The position numbers and the translations under genes are program-made. The notes under the pieces were generated by a model. The model was not told where the DNA came from. It saw only the letters and a list, made by a program, of their open reading frames with translations, and did no database searches. A stretch of 63,116 bases of DNA, the filler included, from Globobulimina sp. (Eukaryota), in NCBI GenBank assembly GCA_003354225.1. It is 55 parts of 55 records of this genome, joined end to end, with 100 filler letters (N's around TTAATTAATTAA, not from the genome) between each part and the next. Parts side by side here need not be neighbours in the genome. Positions count along the whole stretch, not along the records: positions 50,585 to 51,633 come from PIVH01024863.1; positions 51,734 to 52,782 come from PIVH01024864.1; positions 52,883 to 53,931 come from PIVH01024865.1; positions 54,032 to 55,080 come from PIVH01024866.1; positions 55,181 to 56,228 come from PIVH01024867.1; positions 56,329 to 57,376 come from PIVH01024868.1; positions 57,477 to 58,524 come from PIVH01024869.1; positions 58,625 to 59,672 come from PIVH01024870.1; 47 more parts are not named here. The stretch is one strand, 5' to 3'. Positions 50,585 through 62,068 of this stretch are shown one piece after another. Each line of letters begins with the position of its first letter. Positions within the stretch are counted from its first letter, which is position 1.

Positions 50585-51509
50585 AAATAAGTCCGAACGG
50601 AAAAAAAGCAAAACACGCAGAGATTCAACCAATTTACAACGAACGTATGAGATTGTTCGTAGTTTCATGGAAGATGAGTATCGAACGCAGCATATTAGTA
50701 ATATAACAACGAAATATTCATTATCCGCGAAGAAATTTTTAGCGAAATTTAAAAAGAAATCATATGCACAGCAATTAGAACATGATCCGAACAAAAATGA
50801 GAAATTAAATGATAAATTGATAGAAAATATATTCAACAAACAACATAATACATGGATAGAGCCAAAAGATGAAGACTTAACATTGCAATTTAATGAAGAT
50901 AACAGGACACGATACGACGTGGAATGGACAGAACATATAATTCTAAGCGATCCCTTCCTAAATAATTCAAATATTGTATTACCGAAACATGTGACTGACA
51001 AAAATATTGCATATAACTGTCCACTGCAAATGGCACATTCTCGGTTTACTGACGAGACTGAAATAGATTTAAATAAATGTTTGGAAATGCCACAGCAAAA
51101 TGACAATGATACGCATATAAGCGAAGCAAGTGCGTGTTATATGGATATAGATTGCAATGAGACAGACTTTAATGAGACAAATTTTATTGTACGGAATGAA
51201 GAGTTAGGGTTTGAATTAGAATATGAATGGAATAGCAAAACGTTTCCATGGTTATGTATTTGGACAGAACATTTTGGAACAGATTATGTGCCGTGGAATA
51301 ATAATGAAAGATGTCGAGGATTGGAGATATCGACAAAGCCATTTCCTATTCCATCGTTACATAATGTATTGCCTAAGGATGAGATTACAAAACATCAAAA
51401 TGATAAGAATATACATTGTTGGAATAATAAACCAATTGATTTTATGTTGCCACATAATGGCACTGCTCAGACATTTGCGTTGCGTTGGTCTCCCATCAAT
51501 AAAACTTAA
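50585..51509 (+). CDS. Galactose mutarotase-like (aldose-1-epimerase fold) protein, C-terminal part
   Basis: WTEHIIL..PFL, YEWNSKTFPWLCIWTEH and PWN..RCRGLE.ST.PFP. Confidence 0.6.
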
Positions 51510-52882
51510 GCAATGAATGTAACTGGTTTCTTCGTTTTTTTTGAAAACTTTGATTTTAGCTGCATTCTCTCGTAAATAGCAGTAGGGTTTTTGCTTTTAG
51601 TTAATTTCTTCAATGAACGCTTTGATAATTGAANNNNNNNNNNNNNNNNNNNNNNNNNNNNNNNNNNNNNNNNNNNNTTAATTAATTAANNNNNNNNNNN
51701 NNNNNNNNNNNNNNNNNNNNNNNNNNNNNNNNNTATATTGGATAATATCATTATAAATTAGAGAACAAATACAACATAAATTTACAAATGCAAATGACGT
51801 ATAATATGATGTTTGTTGCTCATTTCAGCCATGGTATGGTCCACACATATAAACAAAATAAGATTTCATTGTTTCAGCATAAAATTGATATATTGATTTC
51901 TGTAATTTTTTGGTTGAATATCGGTACTTGTAAAAGTGTTCGGAATTAAATCACAGTAAAAACAAACAGATAAACGTTGACTACGTTGTCATTTAAACGT
52001 TTCTGTTCTCCTTCAAGTCCAACGTTTCACACTCAACTGAAGTTTTTTGTTGTTGTATAATTAATGTTACAAGCCATACAGAAAAGGCAGACATGAGAAA
52101 AATAACAAGCACAATTACAACAAAATGATTAATCATAGGCATGGACCTTCAACCAGGCAAACCAGTACGTTATGATGGATATACAATAGAACTGTCCGTT
52201 TTTACTGATTTAATTTCCGAAGAGTTATACAATACAAAGGCACCATTATACAATTATATCGATGATCAATTTTATGCTAAAACAACGAAATAGTATTTTG
52301 TTTATGGCAATAAATATTATGATAAGTGCATGAACCCATGACTCAAATGTCTAACAAACTTCATATTATATACGTCATTTGCATTTTGAAATTTATTATC
52401 ATTTGGATGTTCATCTCATCTCTTTCTTATTCCGCCCATGACAATCCACAACAATGTCAGTAAACAAATTCGAGATGTTATCTCAGATAACTCTCACTTT
52501 CATTCACAATAAGTCCCCGATCACCACACACTGCAGTCATAGGTCTTCAACTTTTGGAGTTAATAGCTCACCACGATAAATTAGCGCAATGTAGTGATTT
52601 TTCTTTTGAAGAAGATTGGCTTTGGATTTATATTTTAATTTCATTCAGAGATCGACACAAAGCAATAAACCAAAATCTTAATTAAAATTAAAAGAATAAT
52701 CCTACATTACATACATTGAATATTTGAATAAACCAATATTGGTGCTATGGTTTTTTATAATAATATGAGATAAAAATTCACANNNNNNNNNNNNNNNNNN
52801 NNNNNNNNNNNNNNNNNNNNNNNNNNTTAATTAATTAANNNNNNNNNNNNNNNNNNNNNNNNNNNNNNNNNNNNNNNNNNNN

Positions 52883-53931
52883 CTCTCCTATCCATTCTTT
52901 TTTAAAATCGCGTTCATATTCATAAATATTGAAATTTTCTGTTCCAATCGTCAGATTTTTAAAACAATGAATGAATGACGGGTGCGCGCCGAAAATAGTA
53001 CATTTCCACAAAACGGCGTTAAGTTTACTGTCAATATTCGCCACTTTCTCATACAAATTTGCGATTTTAATTCGGAAGTCTTTGCCACATAATCGGTTAA
53101 TTTCATGTTCCAAAATTTCACTGTCATACCAGTCAAAGTCCGGCACCCTAACCTCCGGGTTATTCTTCATAAAATATAGCGTGGTATCCGCCCATTTTTT
53201 CATTTGCGCTAATGATGGCAATTTATTTTCATCGATCATTACTTGCGTAGCCTTAACTGCTTTAATATTCACGATATTCTGATATATATCTTCCACTGTA
53301 TCTGATTTGATATTATTATAACGATTAAAAATCGGTATGTCCGAGCATGCCAGGTCATTCTCTGGGGCTTCTTTCTTCTCCTCCTCGTCAATGGCCATCT
53401 GGTCTTCGTCCTCGTTACCCCCGACGAAGCCAGGTTCATTTTCAATTTCGTTCGTTGGCTGATTCACACTGTGGCTGATTGTTTTAAAGGCTTTCCCGTA
53501 CGCCTCCCGTATATTTCTGCCTTCACCGTATTCATTTTGCAATTTCTCTTCTTGTGCCCGTTTTTTGCGATCGTATACCATTGCTTCGTATAATTTCATG
53601 TTGGCATAACGACTTATATTTACTTTGGCGAGGTCACCCTCCGCTCTCTGAAGGTCCTGCGCGTAATATGCTTTGATTGCTGTTTTGTGTTTTTCTCTGA
53701 TCTCATCGGCAATCTGTTTGGCCAACGTTTGTGGAATATGACCCCTTTTCTGTCCTCCCAATACAAATAGGAATACCGGTCGTTGTTCAATGGCTTTTAT
53801 TCGGTGAACATATATCGGTTTGTCTTTGTATACCATCGCCGGCAAATTCATGTTCCAATTCACCAGATCATGTGCCATTTCGTTTGCCAATTCTTTAAAT
53901 TTCACAAATACATTGTATGTAAACGCACCAA
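52883..53931 (-). CDS. Hypothetical protein, possibly retroelement ORF1-like, with a HIRAN-like motif
   Basis: Intronless frame across the whole contig, containing LFVLGGQKRGHIPQTLAKQIA. The function is not established. Confidence 0.45.
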
Positions 53932-54031
53932 NNNNNNNNNNNNNNNNNNNNNNNNNNNNNNNNNNNNNNNNNNNNTTAATTAATTAANNNNNNNNNNNNN
54001 NNNNNNNNNNNNNNNNNNNNNNNNNNNNNNN

Positions 54032-54229
54032 TTTCCACGGGAAGTAATAAAAAAGGCCTTTGAATATGATATTATCGAAGACGGTATAATTTGGCTTGAA
54101 ATGATGGAACATAGGAATTTGATGGCTCATACTTACAGTGAAGAAATTTTTAATAGTGCAGTTGATTTAATATCTAATAAATATTTTCAAGCAATCACTC
54201 AAATATACACATATTTAAAAGAAAAATAA
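54032..54229 (+). CDS. HEPN-fold nucleotidyltransferase substrate-binding protein (HI0074 family), 5' partial
   Basis: PREVIKKAF..II..W.EM...RNLMAHTY (RxxxxH). Its stop overlaps the next start (TAATG). Confidence 0.92.
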   Translation, partial: FPREVIKKAFEYDIIEDGIIWLEMMEHRNLMAHTYSEEIFNSAVDLISNKYFQAITQIYTYLKEK

Positions 54230-54531
54230 TGGTTGGTTTAGAAGAGAATCAAATTAGTTTAATACGTTCGGAAATTTTAAAATACGAGGTTGTTAAGGAT
54301 ATTATTATCTTTGGGTCCAGAGCAAAAGGAAATTATAAAAAGGGGTCTGATATCGATTTGGCTGTAAAAGGGGAGGGAATCAATTTTGAAATTGTTTCCA
54401 GGCTAAAAACCATATTAAATCAGATAATTATTACCCCTTATCAGATCGATATTGTTCATTATGATACTATTTCAAATGTTGATTTGATCAATCACATTGA
54501 TCGGGTTGGGAAGAGTATTTTAAAATTTTAA
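54229..54531 (+). CDS. Minimal nucleotidyltransferase (MNT), partner of the upstream HEPN protein
   Basis: IIFGSRAKGNYKKGSDIDLAV, PYQIDIV, LINHIDRVG. Confidence 0.95.
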   Translation: MVGLEENQISLIRSEILKYEVVKDIIIFGSRAKGNYKKGSDIDLAVKGEGINFEIVSRLKTILNQIIITPYQIDIVHYDTISNVDLINHIDRVGKSILKF

Positions 54532-54791
54532 TTTAAAGTTTGCTTAATAGATAAATTTTGTTAAACTTTCTCAGAAAATAATCTTATTTCTATAAATATC
54601 TTTAATTTGAAAAATGTATTGCGGAAAACCTCAACAATAACCACTTGTCTAATAGTCTGTATCTATTAATAATTTTACCTTTTTCTGTTTTATGTATTGA
54701 TTTAGGCAGTTTTTACTGTTAGTTTTTCGTACTTAAATTATGAGATTCAATAATGGTATCAGAATTGATATTAAATATGAAGGAAAGAAAG

Positions 54792-55080
54792 ATGACAGAA
54801 AAAAGAATTTTTAATTTTAATGCAGGGCCTGCAACATTGCCATTAAGTGTTTTAGAAGAGATCCAGGACAACTTTTTAAATTTTCAATCATCAGGAATGT
54901 CTATTACAGAGATTAGTCATAGATCAATTTATTTTGACGATGTAATTAATGATGCGGTTGATAGGGTGAAGCGACTATTAGGATTGGATGACAGGTTTCA
55001 TGTCCTATTCATGCAGGGTGGGGCATCTATGCAATTTGCAACCATCCCGATGAATTTTCTTTCTGAAGGTGATTATGCTG
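54792..55080 (+). CDS. serC: Phosphoserine aminotransferase, 3' partial
   Basis: AAGGA RBS, RIFNFNAGPATLP, GMSITEISHRS, VLFMQGGASMQF..IPMN. Confidence 0.97.
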
Positions 55081-55345
55081 NNNNNNNNNNNNNNNNNNNN
55101 NNNNNNNNNNNNNNNNNNNNNNNNTTAATTAATTAANNNNNNNNNNNNNNNNNNNNNNNNNNNNNNNNNNNNNNNNNNNNAAAAATAGTAATTAATATGT
55201 TAAATATTAAAACAAAGAATGAGGAATGTATATTTCAACTAGTAATTTTTAAGAATAATCACTTCTGTGATAATGCAAAAAATGATAGTAAACAATTCAA
55301 ACATAACTGGAGGATTAATAATCATTAATTCGTCTGGTTTTAAAT

Positions 55346-56228
55346 CTAAAACCTAAAATTGTGTGCTTTTAAATCTCTTTTCATTTCTGGAACTGGAACA
55401 TAAATAATTTCTGGCAATTTCCCGCCACCATAAGGTCTAAGACCTGACATTGCAATCAAAATACCCATATTGTCATGATTTCGTCTAAGCGGCGTTGGTG
55501 TTACAAATGAATCAACGATTTTCTGTGCACTCGTTTCTAAATCACCCATACGAATGCCAGCAATATGAGAATCAATGCATACTGGATATCCATCTGGGTT
55601 TTGCTTATATTTTTCAACATAATCTGTCAAATCACCAATGCCATCGCTAAATAATGCAATTATATATATTTCATGTTCTGCTTTTTCAATGATGTCGACT
55701 GCAGCAACGGGGGATATTGCTGCTAATGCACCGCCATATTGGTCACTTTTTGGTGATTTTGTTTTCAAATAATTATCACCTAATGCTCTGGCAACGGAAA
55801 TGGCTCTCAGCGCGTCTTTAGCTATTTTAACGCGCATTGGACTGCCAGAAGTTAGATGAAATCCCGCAAATTTAGCCCGTGTGTATTCTTCATTGCCCTT
55901 TTTAAATTCATGTAATTTGGTTCTGTATATTTCTTTTCGCGTAAATGCTTCATATAATCGAGCTTGAGAATCTCCTAAATTGATTACAATGAAATAATAC
56001 TTTGTTTCTATCACCATGGACACTGTGGTACCACCGACAGCATCCGGACCATGACGAAGCACAAATATTTGATCTTTATCATACGTTAAAATGGCCAATC
56101 TTACAGTGATTTCAATCTGTACATATTCTGCAGAAGTGACTTGTTTTGCAGCCCAATTAGGACCGATACCGGATTCAAGTGCTGTTGCAATAAAATTTGG
56201 TAACTCATTTTTTGCCTTTTCTGCAATA
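55346..56228 (-). CDS. PP2C/PPM family phosphatase, 5' partial
   Basis: GGTTV, INLGDSQA, AISVARALGD, LFSDGIGD, HDNMGILI. Confidence 0.9.
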
Positions 56229-56328
56229 NNNNNNNNNNNNNNNNNNNNNNNNNNNNNNNNNNNNNNNNNNNNTTAATTAATTAANNNNNNNNNNNNNNNN
56301 NNNNNNNNNNNNNNNNNNNNNNNNNNNN

Positions 56329-57376
56329 GGCAGAGAATAAAACCCTAAAATCTGAAATTATTAAATATAGAGAAATAATATTACATAATAATGCTATGTT
56401 GAAGGACTTAACTAATATAGTTAATGCACATATATTGTCATGCTCACCGTCTGTTAAAATGGTAAATGCCAAAATGCAAACTGATAATACAGCTTTACCT
56501 ATACCTATACCGAAACCTAATATAACTAATACTGTATGTACCAATGATACTAATACTGATACTTATAATCATACCACAAATGCAGTATGTACGTCACCGA
56601 TAACTGTCGGACCTGTATGTAATAATACCGATATTTATAATTATACCACAAATGCAGTATGTACATCGATAACTGTATGTACTCCGATAAATGCCGGTCC
56701 TGTATGTACTAATAATACTAATACTGCAGTAAAAACAGTAATACCTATACTGAAACCTAATATACCTAATACTGAGAATCCGGATGTTACTCTAATCACA
56801 ATATTTAAAAAATATCACGATTCTATTAGTATGTTATTTACCAATGAATTGGAGATTATGGAGATGTGTTGGGGACTAAAACTAGATATATTTATCCAGT
56901 ATATGGAAGGAACTGAAACTGAAGTGGAAAAGCAGGCAAACAACGAACAAAGAAAATTGTTTGTACAAGAATTATGTAGAAGAAAAATATTAAAAAATAT
57001 GGCAAAATCGGATGAAGAAAAAATGCAAAAACATTTATGACAATTAAAGAAAACTGATATACCAATAAATCTAATACCAATATCAGAATCCAAATCCAAC
57101 AATGGAGATGGTGATCTGAAATCTAAAAATACTGATATAGCAAAACCAAATATTATTTCAGAATTATCAATATATCAATCAATACCAAAATCAATGCCAG
57201 ATGATGATGATGCCAATTCAAATTCCAATTCAAATTCAAATCAAAATGATGATGCATACCCAAATTCAAACCCAAATGATGTCAAATCTATAAGAAACAA
57301 CAATTATATTAATTTCGATTTCCTTTATACCAATGCTTGTTCAATAAAATGTAAAATTGATATAATTAGTGATCAT
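56329..57376 (+). mobile_element. Probable LINE fragment: low-complexity ORF leading into the start of an AP-endonuclease domain
   Basis: Thr/Val/Cys repeats (TNAVCT), then a single in-frame TGA at 57038-57040. The same frame continues to FLYTNACSIKCKI, the first APE motif. Confidence 0.6.
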
Positions 57377-58624
57377 NNNNNNNNNNNNNNNNNNNNNNNN
57401 NNNNNNNNNNNNNNNNNNNNTTAATTAATTAANNNNNNNNNNNNNNNNNNNNNNNNNNNNNNNNNNNNNNNNNNNNTTTTTCTTTTTCTCTTACCAAAAT
57501 TATCTTTCACTCCTTTAATTTAGCTATACAAATTGTGAAAAGTATGATGGATACATGGCAGAAAAGGAAATCTGTTAAAGAGGACTGGAATTAAAAAAAA
57601 AAAAGAATTGACTTATTTGGAAATGAAAAAGTGATTGTATGTAATGATGTTTGAAAATATCATGCGTGATTTGCATTGAATTATTAGACAATAGAGATCG
57701 ATTTCCATGGAACAAAATAGATTCTTTGTTGTTTGTTGGTTTCGTATTTGGCTCCAGAACATCAGCAAGGTAACATCAACCGATGCACTAATCTGTTTTA
57801 TTTTCAAATGGTAACATCGTGCGATCGTCTGCAACGAAATCCATATCCGAAAACTCTACAAACAATCTTATTATACATACATTGATGCACTGAATATATT
57901 CTTTACGATTGAAGATTGTCTGCATTGGATACTGTCCTGTTCATAATGACACAACACTATGTCCATCACACATTCACTGTCTGCGAATGCAATGGATCCG
58001 AGCAAACACCAAAGTGGGGCACAGTGTATTAAAGGCGCAGCGAGTCACAAACTATATGGAATTGTATGGCTCTCCGTTCTTGTATGATTTGGAGATTGCT
58101 TTGGACGGCAGTAATGGAAAAGTGACTCCATATTTTGGGTGGCGCACCATTGCATTGGGCCAATACAACCAAGGCGGCACACCCGACATAGGTCAGTCCA
58201 AAGTCAATACATAGGCGCACAAGTCGGCGTGGATAGATCGGACTCAGACATGAGTGGGTTACTCAATCGCATTAAACGCGAGCGATTATAACCTGTGTTG
58301 GGTACTGTGCAATGCGACACAAGGCTGTGGTGCGTTGGCCTATGCAGTGCCGGACTGTGATCAGTACTGAACCGATGTGTTGGCTCAAGACTTGCGTTCC
58401 GAGCACGTCAGAGATCTGAGACCTTTGCTGAACAGCAAATCATTGTTTCTGTCTGGTTCTGGCCTGACGGGCCTACACTTCGCCTACTGACGAGATACTC
58501 AAATTTGACTTACAGGTTTGGATTNNNNNNNNNNNNNNNNNNNNNNNNNNNNNNNNNNNNNNNNNNNNTTAATTAATTAANNNNNNNNNNNNNNNNNNNN
58601 NNNNNNNNNNNNNNNNNNNNNNNN

Positions 58625-59246
58625 AGGCTGTTATCTCTTCAGTGTATGCTAATATTATATAAAAATAACAGAGTGGATCCAAATGTAACTTGGGAATATC
58701 GGAAAAAATTGATATCGACACTCAAATCACGTTTAGATGATTTTGAATGTGAAGTAAGAATATTAGCATTGCAATTATTTGATTATATTTTAAATAGTAT
58801 ACATGTCAGGATACAAAATAAAGAATGTGAGACAATATTTATTAGTAACAATGAATTGGAATTATTATGTCAGAGTTTGTTAGATGGCTTTGACGACAGC
58901 AAAGACGAAATACGAATGATAACCTGTTCGACATTACAGTCATTGATCAAATGCATGGTTGTGGATAAACATAATATTGAGTTATATATAAATATTATTC
59001 AGACATCTCTTCTTCATTTAGATGATTCAAATCATGCAATACAAGTTATGTTTCTGTCCAATTTGCAATTACTATATATTGAAAATATTGAAAATATTGA
59101 AAATATAGCAAAGAGTATTCTTATTTTTAAAGGATATATCACATTTTAATGGTTGTGTATTTCATAAACAATTGAAATCAGCAAATACAGACAATATTCA
59201 AAATGTATCACAAGCATTGATGCAACAATTATCCAAAACAACTTAA
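58625..59246 (+). CDS. DNAAF5: HEAT-repeat dynein axonemal assembly factor 5 (HEATR2), C-terminus, intron 59045-59108
   Basis: LKSRLDD..EVRILA, LLDGFDDSKDEIRM..CSTL and LLHLDDSNHAIQ|QRVFLFLK match the DNAAF5 C-terminal HEAT repeats. Confidence 0.72.
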
Positions 59247-59551
59247 AAAAAAATGATTTTCCCTGTGGTGGGTTATATAATATTTTTTTAGCAATTCTTG
59301 AAAAAAAAACCTTGGGTTCTGCAACTTCTGCTCACTGTGCACAAAAAGTAACTTTATCACAAACAACGCCTATAAACAAGTTTTATTTGTATACTATAAA
59401 ACTTACTTTATTGTATAACTATCAAATAAAATAGAAACGTTTTCTATTTTATTGCATAAATACCAAATAAAATAGAAACGAAAAAACACACACACGATTG
59501 GCTAAAACCTTAATTTACTTTAAAAAAACTAAAAAAAAAGATAGATAAAAA

Positions 59552-59615
59552 TGTGATGATTGGGATTTGGACCCAAATCTTATTTAACAAGATGCTCTCA
59601 TTGAGCTATCATCAC
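59552..59615 (-). ncRNA. Miniature tRNA-like cloverleaf, 64 nt
   Basis: GTGATGA/TCATCAC acceptor stem, TA, GCTC-AATGA-GAGC, ATCTT-GTTAAAT-AAGAT, TTGGG-TCCAAAT-CCCAA, discriminator A. No variable loop. Confidence 0.55.
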
Positions 59616-60920
59616 TTTCTTATTTAGATGCTAATAATGTCTCGCTCCGCTCGCCATATAATACGAAGCGAGNNNNNNNNNNNNNNNNNNNNNNNNNNNN
59701 NNNNNNNNNNNNNNNNTTAATTAATTAANNNNNNNNNNNNNNNNNNNNNNNNNNNNNNNNNNNNNNNNNNNNGATATTGGTTATTCAACGAATGATATAA
59801 TAAATGAAATGGTAAAATTGGGATGTAATCCATTGAAATGTGTTGAAATTAGAAAAGAATTAAAAAAATATGACAATAAATTGTTGTTGCAAACATTTGA
59901 AAAATACGTTGAAATGACATATCCATTGCAACTAAACAAAGAAAAGGAGCTATCCACTGACTAGACATTAAATTTACATGAGTTTGATTCTTGATTTGTA
60001 ATTAATAGCATATGATTATGTTTGTTGTGTGCTACGATCGGATCGGATCAGTTCATCATAAGAATAAAAGTTTAATGTTTTTGCGATTGTATAATTACAC
60101 CCAAAACGTATCATATTTACAGATTGCATCAGAATACTAGTATATGCAGACTGCACTCACATCCCTCCATATTCCACGTGATTATGTACCTTCCTCTTTT
60201 GTCTGAGATATGGCATGGTGTTTAACTGTTTATATGGAGCAGTTTAAAACAACACAAAATCTATTGACATTGTGCAATATGAAAAATTACAAAATCAACA
60301 AAAAAATGCATATAATTTTATCAACCACTGTGAATCGAATTCCTTGATTTGGGAATAGGACTGAAGCATGTTTTTCCAGTGTAAAATGGTGAAAAGTGTT
60401 TTTTAATTGTAACGGGCGTCGCGCTCAGTATTCCTTGAATGTATGTAATGGAGACACGTAAGCACATAAAGTCGCGAACAATTTGATTATTAAATTGCAC
60501 ATGATTTGGAAAAGAAAGAAACTTAGGATGTCATTTAAAGAAATTACTAGTATAATAATTTGATATATTTTTATATTTTATGAAAAGATACTCGTCAATT
60601 TATTACAAATGGTATTTTATCATAAAATCATTGAGATTATCCATAAATCCGTTAAATATATTCAGTAATTTGTGATTCATTTTGTTCACAATTTGTTGAC
60701 ATTGGAAAGCATCAAACATTCCTCCCGACATATTACATAAAACGGCAACAAAACAGACAACAAAAAACAAATCAATATATTTAAAATATGATTATTCCAA
60801 TTGCCTTATTGACAGCATATNNNNNNNNNNNNNNNNNNNNNNNNNNNNNNNNNNNNNNNNNNNNTTAATTAATTAANNNNNNNNNNNNNNNNNNNNNNNN
60901 NNNNNNNNNNNNNNNNNNNN

Positions 60921-61968
60921 CGATTTGCACAACAACAGAGAGAGCATCAGCTTTTATTAGAAATTGCTCGCAAAGAAACAGAAATAGCCCAAAAAAGTGA
61001 AGCAAAGGAACGTTTGGAAAAAGAACGAGTTCAGAGAGAGGCTGAAAAAAATGTGTTATTGCATGAGTTGGAAATGGCATATTGCAAAATTAATGGTGTT
61101 CATATTAAAAATATAAAGAGATTGAACGAAGAAATAAAAACTAAATACAATGATAAGTACATATTCAAATATACACAATTGAAGGAAGAGGATGATCGAT
61201 TAAAGCAATTCCATGCGGATTACTTGAATGACCCTTCGATTCAACAGTTTGTGTTGTTGGGGAAAACCGGTGATGGAAAGTCAACGTTTGGCAACAGATT
61301 AAGTGGCGATCACTCTCTGTATGGCGATAATGGCCCATTCCTAACAGGCCCGGGATTGCATTCTGTTACATCGCAAATAAAACGACATACAATCAATAAT
61401 CAGAAAATATCCATTGTTGACACTCCGGGAATATTTGATACGAACAACAATGACAATTTCCATTTAAATGAAGTGGTAAAACATTTAAAAGGGGCCAATG
61501 GCATAAATGCCTTTGTTTTGTGCTGCAAAGCAGATCGATTAGATAGTAAATACCAGGAAATGCTCAAAGATTTACAAACTATGTAAACTCCGACATTTTG
61601 GAGAAACGCCATTTTTGTAGTGACACATTGCCAAGATCAATATGCGCACAATTGGGTCAGTTTTAAAACAGAATTATGGCAAACCATAAATAGGAAATTG
61701 GAGCTAAGGAACGGTGCTTTCAAACAATATCAGATAATCGGCGTGAATAACAATGACAGAACCTCGTATTCTTTGTGCATTCAGAAACTATTAAAAATCG
61801 TAAACGATGCGAATAAATTCAATCGGCGAAGATTTAAAAGCAATAAATTAATATCACCCATTAACAGATTGAAGAAAGAAACCGTATTCATTCAAAATAA
61901 TATCAAGGCATTAATATCAAAGAGAAACAATGAAAAGTCGGATATTTTAAATTGTAAACGCAAACTGT
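60921..61968 (+). pseudogene. AIG1/GIMAP-family GTPase with an in-frame TAA
   Basis: VLLGKTGDGKST, SVT, IVDTPGIFD, GINAFVL. TAA at 61584-61586 is followed in frame by TPTFWRNAIFVVTH and a coiled coil. Confidence 0.85.
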
Positions 61969-62068
61969 NNNNNNNNNNNNNNNNNNNNNNNNNNNNNNNN
62001 NNNNNNNNNNNNTTAATTAATTAANNNNNNNNNNNNNNNNNNNNNNNNNNNNNNNNNNNNNNNNNNNN

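Noticed and set aside
54032..57376. Defence island formed by HEPN-MNT, PP2C and neighbouring ORFs
   Set aside because: The genes lie on separate contigs that are adjacent only because of length sorting.
58486..58510. CTGACGAG as a second hammerhead core (also CTGATGAG near 43212)
   Set aside because: No stem II followed by GAAA and a cleavage triplet.
57477..58524. Coding-like GC-richer segment (KVTPYFGWRTIALGQYNQGG)
   Set aside because: Multiple stops and no recognisable family. It may be a decayed gene, but I cannot support a call.
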